This document shows, piece after piece, positions 1 through 9,754 of a stretch of DNA of 64,000 bases (positions within the stretch are counted from its first letter, which is position 1; the number at the start of each line of letters is the position of its first letter). The stretch covers positions 2,329 through 66,328 of IMG/VR virus record IMGVR_UViG_3300024181_000004; one strand, given 5' to 3'. Below the pieces are notes generated by a model, which did not search any database, was not told where the DNA came from, and saw only the letters and a list, made by a program, of their open reading frames with translations. The translations under genes and the position numbers were made by a program. This stretch comes from a virus.

Positions 1-3000
1 AGCCCACGAAGCCGGGCCCAAAGCTCGTGAGCTTGTCGAGGTACGCGTTGCCCCACGTGCGCACCGCCCACTGCACGAGCGTGTTGCCGGCGTTGGTCGG
101 CTGGACGGTGAGCCAGCCGTAGCTGAAGGGATTGAGCGTGTCGTTCGGCGAGGCCGTGAAGCCGGCGGGAACCGCGCTCCTCGTGAAGTCTTCGGAGAAC
201 GGCGCTACCTGGCGGTCGTCCCCGGACTGCAGGTACGGCTCAAGCACCTTTGGATCGAGCGAGAGGCCGGTTGATGTCGTGAATGAACTCGCAGCGCCAT
301 CAACGTACATGGCCTGCACTGCCGCGACATAGTCGGCCGCGTCGTCGATCTCGAAGTCAGGCACCCCGATAGTGTGCGTCCCGTTCGATCCGTCAGTGAC
401 CTCACCCTCCCAGTGCGGATCGCTGGGGCTGCCGCCTGATTTGTAGACGACGACGCGAAAGCCAACATGAGTGGAGGACGGGTTCAATAAATCGAGATAG
501 GAGAAGTTTACGACGACGTGGAAAACCTTCTTCTTGTCAATTTGTGGGTCCGTCACTGATGAGACGGCGCGGCGCTTGGTTGGCGTCGCGTGCTCCGCGA
601 ACACGACAGATGTAGGGGCCACCGGAAAAATAGGGCGCGACCACACGTCCGAGACGTTGACCGGCGTGGTGATGATGTACGCGCCGTCGTAGTTGTACCG
701 CCCCAGTGTCGAGTACGGCGTGAGACGAAAGAAGAGGTCGACGCCGTGCGGAGCATCGGCCCATCGGAACTCGAAGCCGTCGACCGACTGCAGCGCGACC
801 CATGGCCCGGCCGCGGTGAAGCCGTACTCCACCCGCATACCCTTGGGGAATCCGTACTTCGGATCGTTCGAGACAGGCGGCGTGGCCTGGACGATCACCT
901 GTTTGACGACGGCGCCGTTGGTCGACGAGGTTTTCGTCTCGACGAAAGAGACCGCGGCGGTGATCGGCGCCGGCGGCGCCGCGAAGTTCGGGAGGATCGA
1001 GTACGTCGGGATCTCGATCGGGTGCGCCAGATCGTAGATCGAGGAGTTGAACTCGACCGCCGAGATCTCGCGCTGACAGTCCGCGTCCCGCGAGATCTCC
1101 ATGATGCGGAACGGCTTGAGCTTCGTCGTCGTCGGGCCGTAGAACCAGAGGTCGCCCTCTTGCGGCGTCCTCGAGAAGGGGGAGGAGAGATTGATTGACC
1201 AGTAGTTCCCGGATGCCGTGATGGATGCGACGGCGCGCTCCTCAAAGTAATCTGCACCGGCATCGCCAGCGGCGAAGCGGACCATGACGGAGTAGGAGCC
1301 GCCGAAAGGGACGTTGCGATCAACTACGACAACCCAGGCGGCGGAGCCCGCGCGCACGTGCCCGGAGTATCCCCACTGCGTGAGGTCGTGCGAGACCTCA
1401 ATGACGTCGAAGGCCTCGCAGAACATCGAGTCCGTCGACGCGCCGAAGCTGGCCAGCGTGCGGATGGTGTAGGACTGCCGCAGCGCGAGGCGTCCGGCGC
1501 GCACGGCCTCCGTGCGCCGCGTGGTGCCGATCACTTGCAGTTGCCGGCGCTTGACCGTCTCGCCGGCGGCCTGGAGCTCGGCCTCCGTGCAGAAGGTGCC
1601 ATCGCTCTTGATGCACACCGTCACCGTGTCGGTGTCGAAGTCCGCCGCGCGATCCTCGAAGATGACGTCGTAGGTGTTGATCTCATTGCGTTCGGAGCGG
1701 TACTGTAGGCGGAGCGACCGCTCCTTGATATTGCCCATCCCGAAGCGCTGCGCAGCCGTGGCCGTGTCGTCGTAGCCGACGCTCACCTTGTTGCCGGAGA
1801 AGATGAGCGCGGCACGAGCGCTGCCGAGGAGCTGCTGCACAAGATCTACCGCCGCCTGCTGCTGGTTGATGTAGGCGTCGAGTTGATGCCGCGGCTCGGT
1901 GAACGGCGATCCGACCGTCGGCGTGACCGTCTCGATGACGTCGCACTTGTCGGCGAAGGCCTTCCACGCGCTGAGGTTGATATCCGCGTCGGCGATGTCG
2001 TTGCCGAGCCCAAGCCGCTTGTTGCGCAGCAGCCACAGCGTGAGCCAGCCGCGGTTACGGCCCGCCGGGGTCGCGGAGCCGACGCCCCAACTTGCCGCCG
2101 CGAATCCGCCGCCGGAAGTCCACTTCTGCGGCTTCGCGCCGCGCCACATGGCCGTGACGACGATGGACTGGAGCGGGCCGTTGAACTGCTCGCTGGCCAG
2201 ACCCATGACGGCCACAAGAGAGTCCCCTTCGTAGTTGAGGGCTTCCTGCGTCTCCTCGGTGATCGTGGATATCGCGACATGCCACTGGTCGTTCGCGACG
2301 TTGGTGTGGTCCGCCGAGATCCACGTCACGCGGATGTCGTACTTCGCGCGCACCAGGCTCTCCACGCGCCGGGTGATGTACTTCGCCGTCTGAGTGGCGG
2401 CCTCGATCTCGCTGTAACCGAGGGTGGGGTCGATGTTCGTGTAGGGGTCGCCGGTGCCGTTGCGCTTGTACTCGATCTTGTAGCGCGTCTTGTTGCTCGA
2501 CAGGCCCTTCGAGGTGGTGTGCGACAGCCCCGCCAGCACGAGGAGCACCTCGAACGCGTCGACCTGGCTGCTCACCGTGGTGTAGGTGTGGGGCGTGCCG
2601 GCGCCAAGCGCCGTGACGTCGACCGAGACATCGTAGCTGTTGGCCAGGACGTCGAAGCCAGGGATGACGCTCTGGCCCGCCGCGCCGGTCCGCCACTCGA
2701 CGGTGACGCCAGGGAAATTCGAGTAGTGCTGCCCGTTGATGCGGATGTCGGGCAGGTTGTCGGTGTAGTTGGCCGAGGCGTTGGGGTTCGAGTGGCCGAC
2801 CGGCCCCTCTGTCTCGTGGCCGGCGATCCGGATGAGGATGTGCGCCTTGTCGCTCGCGTTCTGCGGCGCGGCGGGGACATAGACTGGATCCTCGCCGTGG
2901 CCAGGTCGCGCTTCGGAGAAGATCGTCTCCGCCCGCCGGCGGAAAGCGCTGATGCGCCCGCCGGCCACGAGGCGCTCGCCGAGCAGGATCTCCACCGGCA

Positions 3001-3697
3001 CGCCCGCGCGGTCATCGTTGGTGATGCCGCCGAACATCTGCGACGAAGGCCCGTCTTTGTCCTTGACGATGTGCGGACGCGGCGTGATGATCGCGCCAAT
3101 GGCCGAGCCGAGCGACCAACCGTAAGCCGCCCCTTTGATCGCCCCCCAGTAGCTCCCGCCCGCGAAGCCGATGGCGGCGCCGATGACCGCCCCGACAATC
3201 CCGAGAATGAGCGAGGAGTTCTTCCCCAGGACGTCGGGGACGACGTGGATCACCGCCCCTTCGCGCGGGATGAAGGCCTCGAAAGCCAGGAGCTGCTCGG
3301 TCGGTGGCGGCCGCCGGGTGAGCCGCCGCCACATCCGTCCGAGCCGCGACTGCGGCAACTCGACCGTGAATGAGTCTGTCGGCCGAATGACCGCGCCGTC
3401 GATGATGACGTGGCCGACCGCCTCGGTGGCCAGGCCGAGGCCCTCGAGGTAGCCGGCGAGGTTGCGACCCCGGACGTACTGCGCCTCATGCTCATTCCAC
3501 TCGATACGGCCGTCGTCATCCGGGAGGCCAGGTAGGCAGAGCACGACAACGCCAGGCTTCGGCGGCGGCGCGTCGCGCCAGCCTTCCTCTGTGCCGATTC
3601 CGGCGACCGCGCCGTCGCGCTCCTGCAACTCGCGCAGCAACACCTCCGGATCGGCCGCGGAGGTGCGGCGCTGGAGGAATGGTGGGATGAGATTCAT
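1..3697 (-). CDS. Tail tip/host-specificity protein (lambda gpI+gpJ-like fusion), 3' end beyond window
   Basis: Not in ORF track because it has no stop in the window. Hand translation is open from ATG 3697 (ATGA overlap with the NlpC gene) to base 1, >1230 aa. N-terminal gpI-like region with Gly/Ala hydrophobic segment (IVGAVIGAAIGFAGG), gpJ-like core (HQLDAYINQQ, QWGYSG, EISAVEFNSSIY). Confidence 0.85.
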   Translation of the reverse strand, partial: MNLIPPFLQRRTSAADPEVLLRELQERDGAVAGIGTEEGWRDAPPPKPGVVVLCLPGLPDDDGRIEWNEHEAQYVRGRNLAGYLEGLGLATEAVGHVIIDGAVIRPTDSFTVELPQSRLGRMWRRLTRRPPPTEQLLAFEAFIPREGAVIHVVPDVLGKNSSLILGIVGAVIGAAIGFAGGSYWGAIKGAAYGWSLGSAIGAIITPRPHIVKDKDGPSSQMFGGITNDDRAGVPVEILLGERLVAGGRISAFRRRAETIFSEARPGHGEDPVYVPAAPQNASDKAHILIRIAGHETEGPVGHSNPNASANYTDNLPDIRINGQHYSNFPGVTVEWRTGAAGQSVIPGFDVLANSYDVSVDVTALGAGTPHTYTTVSSQVDAFEVLLVLAGLSHTTSKGLSSNKTRYKIEYKRNGTGDPYTNIDPTLGYSEIEAATQTAKYITRRVESLVRAKYDIRVTWISADHTNVANDQWHVAISTITEETQEALNYEGDSLVAVMGLASEQFNGPLQSIVVTAMWRGAKPQKWTSGGGFAAASWGVGSATPAGRNRGWLTLWLLRNKRLGLGNDIADADINLSAWKAFADKCDVIETVTPTVGSPFTEPRHQLDAYINQQQAAVDLVQQLLGSARAALIFSGNKVSVGYDDTATAAQRFGMGNIKERSLRLQYRSERNEINTYDVIFEDRAADFDTDTVTVCIKSDGTFCTEAELQAAGETVKRRQLQVIGTTRRTEAVRAGRLALRQSYTIRTLASFGASTDSMFCEAFDVIEVSHDLTQWGYSGHVRAGSAAWVVVVDRNVPFGGSYSVMVRFAAGDAGADYFEERAVASITASGNYWSINLSSPFSRTPQEGDLWFYGPTTTKLKPFRIMEISRDADCQREISAVEFNSSIYDLAHPIEIPTYSILPNFAAPPAPITAAVSFVETKTSSTNGAVVKQVIVQATPPVSNDPKYGFPKGMRVEYGFTAAGPWVALQSVDGFEFRWADAPHGVDLFFRLTPYSTLGRYNYDGAYIITTPVNVSDVWSRPIFPVAPTSVVFAEHATPTKRRAVSSVTDPQIDKKKVFHVVVNFSYLDLLNPSSTHVGFRVVVYKSGGSPSDPHWEGEVTDGSNGTHTIGVPDFEIDDAADYVAAVQAMYVDGAASSFTTSTGLSLDPKVLEPYLQSGDDRQVAPFSEDFTRSAVPAGFTASPNDTLNPFSYGWLTVQPTNAGNTLVQWAVRTWGNAYLDKLTSFGPGFVG

Positions 3698-4074
3698 GCG
3701 CGAAGGCGGAGGTAGCCGCGCTCACCGCTGCCGCGGCGCCGGGCGATGCGACTCCAGAACGGCTCTCGATCGAGCGGCGTGATGACCACGCCGGACTCTT
3801 CGCAGGACTGGATGATGAGGTTCTCCCCGATGTAAAGGGCGACGTGATTCACGATGGCCAGCTCGTGGTTGCAGATCGGAACGACGTCCCATGGCTCCGG
3901 ATCGGAGACGGTGCGGAACAACCGCCGCTCGAGCGCTTCGGCGTAGCCGTACGGCAGTTCCACGCAGCGGAGCCGGAAGGCCTCGAGCACGACATCCCAG
4001 CAGCGCATCTCGGCGTAGCTGCGGCCGACCCACGACCGGAGCGTGGCGAGGTGATCTTCGGTCAGTGGAGTCAT
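3694..4074 (-). CDS. NlpC/P60 tail tip protein (gpK-like)
   Basis: RCW catalytic-Cys motif and NHVALY His motif; lies between L-like and I/J-like genes. Confidence 0.8.
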   Translation of the reverse strand: MTPLTEDHLATLRSWVGRSYAEMRCWDVVLEAFRLRCVELPYGYAEALERRLFRTVSDPEPWDVVPICNHELAIVNHVALYIGENLIIQSCEESGVVITPLDREPFWSRIARRRGSGERGYLRLRA

Positions 4075-4580
4075 CAGGCGTACCGCGCGCGCGATCCCAG
4101 GACCCCGGGATAGCGGACTCTCGTCACCAGCTCGGCCGGGATCTTCTTCCGCAGCCAGTTGAATTTCACCCCGGCGCAGGTGATTGACGCCATGCCGTCG
4201 TCACCAGCATCGGCGGTGACCACCGTGAACGGCTCCTCGAAAGCGTTCGCCGGGTCCGACAGCAGATCGCGATGTACGGTCAGCAGTCGCCCCGGCCGGC
4301 CCTCAATGATGTTGTTCTCGAAAAGTGAGCTGATGGTCCGCCCAGCGTTGATCACCGGGAGATCGAATGTCGGTATCTGCCCACTGGAATTCTGCGGTCG
4401 CTGCGGGTTGCCGATGCCGTAGCCGGTCCATGTGAAGCCCTGGAAGGTGAGCGACGGCGTGTCGGCGAAGCGGCCGACGCGTGTGAACTGGTCCGGCGCG
4501 TGTTCGATCTCGACCAGCAGGACGAACTTCTTGCCGTACGCCTTGTTCTTCTCGGCGACGAAACCGGGCAGATCGAGCAT
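4074..4580 (-). CDS. Minor tail protein, lambda gpL-like
   Basis: Synteny M-L-K-I/J; start taken at ATG 4580 (MLDLPGFVAEKNK) rather than the track's upstream GTG. Confidence 0.6.
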   Translation of the reverse strand: MLDLPGFVAEKNKAYGKKFVLLVEIEHAPDQFTRVGRFADTPSLTFQGFTWTGYGIGNPQRPQNSSGQIPTFDLPVINAGRTISSLFENNIIEGRPGRLLTVHRDLLSDPANAFEEPFTVVTADAGDDGMASITCAGVKFNWLRKKIPAELVTRVRYPGVLGSRARYA

Positions 4581-4582
4581 TT

Positions 4583-4966
4583 CTAGAAATGGCCCTCGAA
4601 GTGCAACGTGAACGACCACCAATTCGAGCCCGATGGCCCGTTGATCGGTAGCCCCTCCGGCATCGTCATCTCCGCGTAGTTGACGGTGATCGATCCGTAC
4701 TTCGAGTGCACGAGAGTGAACGGCTCGACGTAGTAGCTGCGCGCGCGAAGGAAGGTCTGGATCACCGCCCGGTCCGCGTCGTTGACGACGAAGTCGACGA
4801 AGATGTCACGGAGCCGGTCGACGTCGCCGTCCGAGCGCCGCTCGGTGTAGCCGTCGCCCATGCGCACAATGAGCCCCGGTCGCTCCCACACGCCGGTGTT
4901 TCCGGGTGATGGGACTACGCTGGCGATCGAGGAGAGCTCGGTGCCGACGCGCGGGAAGGTTGGCAT
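4583..4966 (-). CDS. Distal tail protein, lambda gpM-like
   Basis: MGDGYTER motif, 127 aa, directly after the tape measure gene. Confidence 0.7.
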   Translation of the reverse strand: MPTFPRVGTELSSIASVVPSPGNTGVWERPGLIVRMGDGYTERRSDGDVDRLRDIFVDFVVNDADRAVIQTFLRARSYYVEPFTLVHSKYGSITVNYAEMTMPEGLPINGPSGSNWWSFTLHFEGHF

Positions 4967-4969
4967 GGG

Positions 4970-6967
4970 TTAGTCGTCGGACCGGAAGACGCTGCGTACG
5001 ATGCCGTTCGATCTGAAGTTGCCGACCATCATCGCCGCGACCTCGCGATCGGAAGTCTTGATCAGCGGCGCCATCTTTGCCGCCATGACCGGAACGAAAG
5101 TTTCATCCGGCGCGATGATGGTTGAGAGGTGGATGACCAGCGGCGGGCGGCCTCCGGCACCGCCGCCAGGAATGGAGGTCGGCGCGCTCGGTGACGGGAT
5201 GTAGCTGAGACCTCCGACGCCGAAGTGCGATGACGATGACCCAACAGAAGTGGACGGCGCAGCAGGGGCAAGGCTGGCCGAGCCGGCGAGGCTGCTCGTC
5301 TGGAGGCCCGAGAAGTAGCCGCTGTACCTCTGAAGGATATAGGCGAGAAACCGCTTGACGATCTCCTTGGCCATCATGTTCGCGATGTCCCGGACGATCG
5401 AGTTGAGGAACGACCGGAAGGCGTCCTCTACGCCCTTGATGTTGCCGGTGAAGAGCGAAAAGAAGCCGTCGGTGAGCGCTGACTCCATGTTCGCGGCCAT
5501 GGATTTCGTGAGGTTCTCCATGTTGCGCACGTGGTCGCTGTATTCGATTAGTTGCTGGCGGAGAGCCTTCTGAAAGACGCCCTCCTTTGGGACCAGCGCC
5601 TCCGCGTCGACGAGCAGCCGGCCTTTCGGGATGGCCTTGCGAAACGATTCCTCAGCCTCAACTCGCCGAAGGTATTCGCTCCATTCGGATTGCGGTTCGA
5701 GTAGAGCGGTCATCTCGCGCATGTTGAAGTGCTGGACCGGTAGCAAATTGCGCAGCCGTTGCGCGGCCGCGACGATCCTGGACGCCATCGACTCCGACGC
5801 TCCGCCGGCCATCAACTCCGCTTTCGTCAGGAAATCGATCTGGTCCGTGAGATCTGCGACCGGTCGCCCCGCCGCGGTTGCGAACTGCAACTCAAGGTCG
5901 AGGAGTTGGTGCCTGAAGCCCATAGCCTGCGCGGATTCCGCGAGTGCTCGGTTCTCGGCAAGACGCGCGGCGAGTTGGTCCTTGAGCGCGAAACTGACCT
6001 TCAGCTCTTCGGTGGCCAGCGAGTCGAGCCCGCGGGTGAGGTTCTCGACCTCTTTCCTGTTCCCGGCCATCTGCGCACGCTGAATGTCGGCCTGCGTCGA
6101 GAGCGCCATGATCTGCTTGATCGTCTCGTTCACAGCCTCCGGGTCTTCGATGGAAGGGATGACGATTCGGCTGCGCCTGTCGCGCGGGTTGTTGGTCGGC
6201 AGAGGACCGAAGTGCGCGCCTGCCAGGCTTGGCGACGCCCCAACGAACGGCCGGACGGAGAGATCCGAGAGGGCCCGCACGCTCGCCTTGGCGCCGATGA
6301 TGATCGTGTCGAAGAACTGAGCGATCATCGCCTGCTCGGTCGGGCCCGTGAAGATCTTCACGATGTCCTTCGAGACGTTGATCAGCTCACCGATGACGAG
6401 CGACGCGACGCCGGCCTTGGCCACCACGGTGCCGTACTTGCCGGCCATCTGCGTCAGCGCATTGTTGAGCCCGAGGTACTGGATGCCGGCCTGAGAGGTG
6501 GCGCCCTTCGAGTCGTCGATCGCGATCTTCTGCCGCCGCGCTTCGGCTGTGGCGTTGGCCAACGACTGCGCCACGCGCTGATAGGCAGTCGCCGCGCCGC
6601 CGGTAGCCGCCTGCACCGATCCGAAGGTCGATTCCAATTGCGCGCGCAGCCGCTGCTCGGCCACGATCAACTTATCGACGTCTCGCGCTGATACGCGCGC
6701 GCCGCTGGCGATCTTCTCGTTCACCTCGGCTGCGGTCTGATTCGTCGAGCGCAGGAGTTGCGCGAGCTCCCGGTACTTCGCGATCTGCACGACCGCGCCG
6801 CCGGCACCTTGCGGCATCTGGATCTTCGCGGCCTTGGTGAATTCGTCGGCGATCTGTCGCGCGTTCTGCCGAGTGTCCGAGCGCAACTTGGACATGCCGC
6901 GCTTGAAGTCGGAGTCATCCGCCTTGATGCGGATGAACGCTTCGGCGAGTGTGGCGCGAATGCCCAT
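4970..6967 (-). CDS. Tail tape measure protein (665 aa)
   Basis: Ala-rich helical composition, LAEAFIRIKADDSDF N-terminus, position after tail chaperones. Confidence 0.9.
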   Translation of the reverse strand: MGIRATLAEAFIRIKADDSDFKRGMSKLRSDTRQNARQIADEFTKAAKIQMPQGAGGAVVQIAKYRELAQLLRSTNQTAAEVNEKIASGARVSARDVDKLIVAEQRLRAQLESTFGSVQAATGGAATAYQRVAQSLANATAEARRQKIAIDDSKGATSQAGIQYLGLNNALTQMAGKYGTVVAKAGVASLVIGELINVSKDIVKIFTGPTEQAMIAQFFDTIIIGAKASVRALSDLSVRPFVGASPSLAGAHFGPLPTNNPRDRRSRIVIPSIEDPEAVNETIKQIMALSTQADIQRAQMAGNRKEVENLTRGLDSLATEELKVSFALKDQLAARLAENRALAESAQAMGFRHQLLDLELQFATAAGRPVADLTDQIDFLTKAELMAGGASESMASRIVAAAQRLRNLLPVQHFNMREMTALLEPQSEWSEYLRRVEAEESFRKAIPKGRLLVDAEALVPKEGVFQKALRQQLIEYSDHVRNMENLTKSMAANMESALTDGFFSLFTGNIKGVEDAFRSFLNSIVRDIANMMAKEIVKRFLAYILQRYSGYFSGLQTSSLAGSASLAPAAPSTSVGSSSSHFGVGGLSYIPSPSAPTSIPGGGAGGRPPLVIHLSTIIAPDETFVPVMAAKMAPLIKTSDREVAAMMVGNFRSNGIVRSVFRSDD

Positions 6968-6981
6968 TGGTCTGGAGTCTC

Positions 6982-7290
6982 CTACCTGCGATTCAGGAAA
7001 TCAGCGAGCCCTTCGGGCCCATGGATGATGCGTTCCGGTCGACCTTCGGCAACGCGGAGCAGTTCGTCCTGCATCGCCTTCGCCTCGTCGCCCTTCATGT
7101 ACGGGGCGCCGGCATCGCGGATGCGCGTGAGCGACTCGGCGGCCTCGAGGCGAGGGATCTGCTTGTGGTACGCGCGCAGCTGGCGCAGGGTCATGCGCAT
7201 CATCTCCGTATGCGAGAAAGCGTAGAAGCGAGCCAGACGGCCGAAGAAGAACGCTAGTTCGACGGGGCCGTCGGGCTCTCCACCAAAGGG
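6982..7290 (-). CDS. Tail assembly chaperone, frameshift (gpT-like) extension
   Basis: -1 frame is open from the slippery site at 7290 to TAG at 6982 (...FFFGRLARFYAFSHTEMMRMTLRQLRAY...). Confidence 0.8.
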   Translation of the reverse strand, partial: PFGGEPDGPVELAFFFGRLARFYAFSHTEMMRMTLRQLRAYHKQIPRLEAAESLTRIRDAGAPYMKGDEAKAMQDELLRVAEGRPERIIHGPEGLADFLNRR

Positions 7291-7619
7291 TCAGGTTCGA
7301 GGTCCTCGGCCAGCGTGGAGGCGATCGAGCCGACGACGTTGCCCAACTTGCGCAGCCCGAGGCGCTCGAGCTTTTCGTGGGGAATCGACGGGATGAAGTC
7401 CAAGACGATGCCGCGCATGAATGCGATGTAGTCGGCGTCGGTCGTGAACGCCTCGACGTGGCTCTTGAGATTCTTCACCGCCTCGAGCGTCGGATACGGG
7501 ACGTCGAGCATGCTGAAGAGCGGATACAACTCGCCGCCGATCTTGATCTTCCGCTTCGGGACGGGGTCAAACGCGTCGACGTCGACAACGTTGGCGTTCG
7601 GTTTCACTTCGTCTGCCAT
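7254..7619 (-). CDS. Tail assembly chaperone (gpG-like)
   Basis: Between tail tube and tape measure; start at ATG 7619 (MADEVKPN). Confidence 0.8.
   Translation of the reverse strand: MADEVKPNANVVDVDAFDPVPKRKIKIGGELYPLFSMLDVPYPTLEAVKNLKSHVEAFTTDADYIAFMRGIVLDFIPSIPHEKLERLGLRKLGNVVGSIASTLAEDLEPDPLVESPTAPSN
7284..7290 (-). other. Programmed -1 frameshift slippery heptamer CCCTTTG
   Basis: In-phase X XXY YYZ (gaC CCT TTG) near the end of the chaperone gene, joining the open -1 frame. Confidence 0.85.
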
Positions 7620-7743
7620 GGATGAATTCCCCTTGGACGTTGAATTCCGCGCGGCCAGCGCCACTCACCCGACCAAGACGTGCAGCGGCAGGAGGGGGTC
7701 GCGCTCGCTGGTCTATTCTTCCGCGCCGGCCGCGCGAATCAGG

Positions 7744-8322
7744 TTAGAACGTGAATCCCGACTCGTTGGCGTCGACAATCGTCGTGTCGCCGATCGTCAC
7801 CTTGCGGTACTTGTTGGCGGCGGTATCCGCGTAGCACTTGAGCGTGACGGGGATCAGGCGCTGCTCGTCCGGCGAGAACACCAGCTCGACCGAGCCGGCC
7901 GACGGCGTTCCCTTCCAGACAGTGATGATCTTGTTGGCGTCGGTGGTGACATCGCCGGTCGCGGGATCGATCGGCTTGATGGTCCACTTTCGCGAGACGC
8001 CCAGGAGCGAGAGGCCGACCTTGGCCCGGATCTCCACGGACTGCTTCGTGGAGGTCGTGTCGTCCTGTAGATCCTTTGAGTCGACGAAGGCGCGACGGAT
8101 GTTGACGAGAGAGTACTCGGCGAGGCTGAAGCTGACCTCGACGACGCTGCCCTTCACGATCTCGTTGGCCGGCTCGTCGCCAAGCTCGTCGGCCATCAGT
8201 TCGAGCGTGCGGAGGTCGCGTCTGATGTGCACGCCTCCCTTGATGTGACCGACTTCCGTCGGCGTGCCGCTGATATCGACATACACCCGTGCCGGTCCGC
8301 TCGTCAGAAGTGCGGTATCCAT
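7744..8322 (-). CDS. Major tail tube protein
   Basis: GPARVYV...GHIKGGV N-terminus, beta-rich, 192 aa, after the tail terminator. Confidence 0.8.
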   Translation of the reverse strand: MDTALLTSGPARVYVDISGTPTEVGHIKGGVHIRRDLRTLELMADELGDEPANEIVKGSVVEVSFSLAEYSLVNIRRAFVDSKDLQDDTTSTKQSVEIRAKVGLSLLGVSRKWTIKPIDPATGDVTTDANKIITVWKGTPSAGSVELVFSPDEQRLIPVTLKCYADTAANKYRKVTIGDTTIVDANESGFTF

Positions 8323-8364
8323 GGTGCTCTCTCCTCTTTGTCGCTGAAGTTGAAAGGCTTGGAA

Positions 8365-8772
8365 CTACGCCGGGTAGCTGATCACCCGGACGCTGATGAC
8401 CTGGTGGTGAATCTCGGTGTCTTCCTCGTAGAAGTCGCCCGCCGTGAAGGCGTGGATCTCGCCGAGCCGGCGGCCGGTCATGGGAAGCGGCTGCTTGTCG
8501 AAGAGCGCGATGAGCCGCTCTCCGATCTGGTCGTTCGTGTCGCCGCTCTTGGACCAGACGTGAAGGTCGTAGTCTTCATCGGTGCGCGGAATCTCCGGAT
8601 CGCGCGGCGCGCTCACCCGGTTGTAGGTGACGAGCGCCCTGGTGCCGCTGGCGATCATCTCGACGATAGGCCTCTGCGGCCGGCGGTGGTAGAAGTGATC
8701 GCCGCCGAGGAGGGACACGAGCGTCGCGTCGGCGATGGCCTTCGCCCGCAGACCTTGACGAACTGCGAGCAT
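8365..8772 (-). CDS. Tail terminator/completion protein (DUF3168-like)
   Basis: Real start ATG 8772 (MLAVRQGLRAKAIADATLVSLLG); YDLHVWS motif; synteny. Confidence 0.75.
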   Translation of the reverse strand: MLAVRQGLRAKAIADATLVSLLGGDHFYHRRPQRPIVEMIASGTRALVTYNRVSAPRDPEIPRTDEDYDLHVWSKSGDTNDQIGERLIALFDKQPLPMTGRRLGEIHAFTAGDFYEEDTEIHHQVISVRVISYPA

Positions 8773-9188
8773 CAGCCCTCCCCGGCGAGATCCTGGTCGA
8801 CTTCCTGTTGGAGCTGCGCGAGCGCCGGCCTGAAGAACGGATGCTCGGCCATCTTCGACGTGCCGTACTCGAGGTGCTCCGCGATTTGGGCCCGTCCGCC
8901 TTCTTGCGATACTCCGAAGTCGATTGACCAGACATCGCCCTGCTTCATCGGATCGGCGTGCGTGATGCTCTTGGAAAGCGCCGCGGTGTCGATGGCCGGC
9001 GGCTCCTCTGGTCCGGCTGCCTTGTGCGTGCGACCGCCGCGCTTGTAGACGCGGCCCGACTTCGGGGTGCGGAACAGGCCTTGGATGATCCGCTCGAGCC
9101 GATAGATGATCTTGAGCAACTTCGCCTTGATGATCTTGTCGAGCTCGCGCTCGAACTCCTCGCCGTACCACTTCACATCCTCGGTCAC
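8772..9188 (-). CDS. HK97 gp10-like tail completion protein
   Basis: PPAIDTAALSKSI, LEYGTSKM..PFFRPAL motifs. Confidence 0.85.
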   Translation of the reverse strand: MTEDVKWYGEEFERELDKIIKAKLLKIIYRLERIIQGLFRTPKSGRVYKRGGRTHKAAGPEEPPAIDTAALSKSITHADPMKQGDVWSIDFGVSQEGGRAQIAEHLEYGTSKMAEHPFFRPALAQLQQEVDQDLAGEG

Positions 9189-9751
9189 GGGACGATGACG
9201 CGCGCGAGGTCCGCCTCGACGTGCTGGCCCCGCGGCGCCAGGAAGGTGATGGTGTACCGGACGTCGTCGTCCACGATGCGATCACCAACACGGATCGCGG
9301 TGGCGAGGTCGGTGTTGATGAACATGGTGAAGTTCGCCTGGACGTCCCGGCCATATTCACGTTGGCGTGAGTTACCGGAGCGCGGCTGCACCGCCGCCGG
9401 AACGCCGGTGGCGTAAGAGAACCATTCGCTGGTGACTTCGCCGGAAGTTGAGGTCGCCGGCGCGCCACGCTCGAGCGATACCCGCTTCGGCCGCAGGATA
9501 GATGTCGGCCTGTCGAGGAAACTCCGCACGTTCATGGGGGCGCCGAATCGGGCAGCGTTCACCAGGCCGATCAGCGAAGCGAAAAGCGTCGTCTCGTTCG
9601 CGCCGAAGGCGTCTGCATCGAGCAGACCGACGACGTCGCCGCGGACAAACCACGATGGAGCCCCAAAGGCCTGCACATTGAGCAGACCACCAAAGACCGG
9701 CGACACGTCGCCGAGCGCCGTGGCTTGGAAGGTCGATTCGCCGAGGAGCAT
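9185..9751 (-). CDS. Head closure (stopper) protein, possibly with N-terminal extension
   Basis: IRVGDRIVDDDVRYTI motif; synteny; start could be MNVRS further downstream. Confidence 0.7.
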   Translation of the reverse strand: MLLGESTFQATALGDVSPVFGGLLNVQAFGAPSWFVRGDVVGLLDADAFGANETTLFASLIGLVNAARFGAPMNVRSFLDRPTSILRPKRVSLERGAPATSTSGEVTSEWFSYATGVPAAVQPRSGNSRQREYGRDVQANFTMFINTDLATAIRVGDRIVDDDVRYTITFLAPRGQHVEADLARVIVP

Positions 9752-9754
9752 GGC

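Noticed and set aside
1883-3373. Long + strand ORF (496 aa) and similar Arg-rich ORFs opposite structural genes (for example 10268-11581, 16145-17536, 38044-39897, 49760-50854)
   Set aside because: Shadow frames of GC-rich coding sequence; Arg/Gly/Val-biased, no motifs, and fully overlapping well-supported genes
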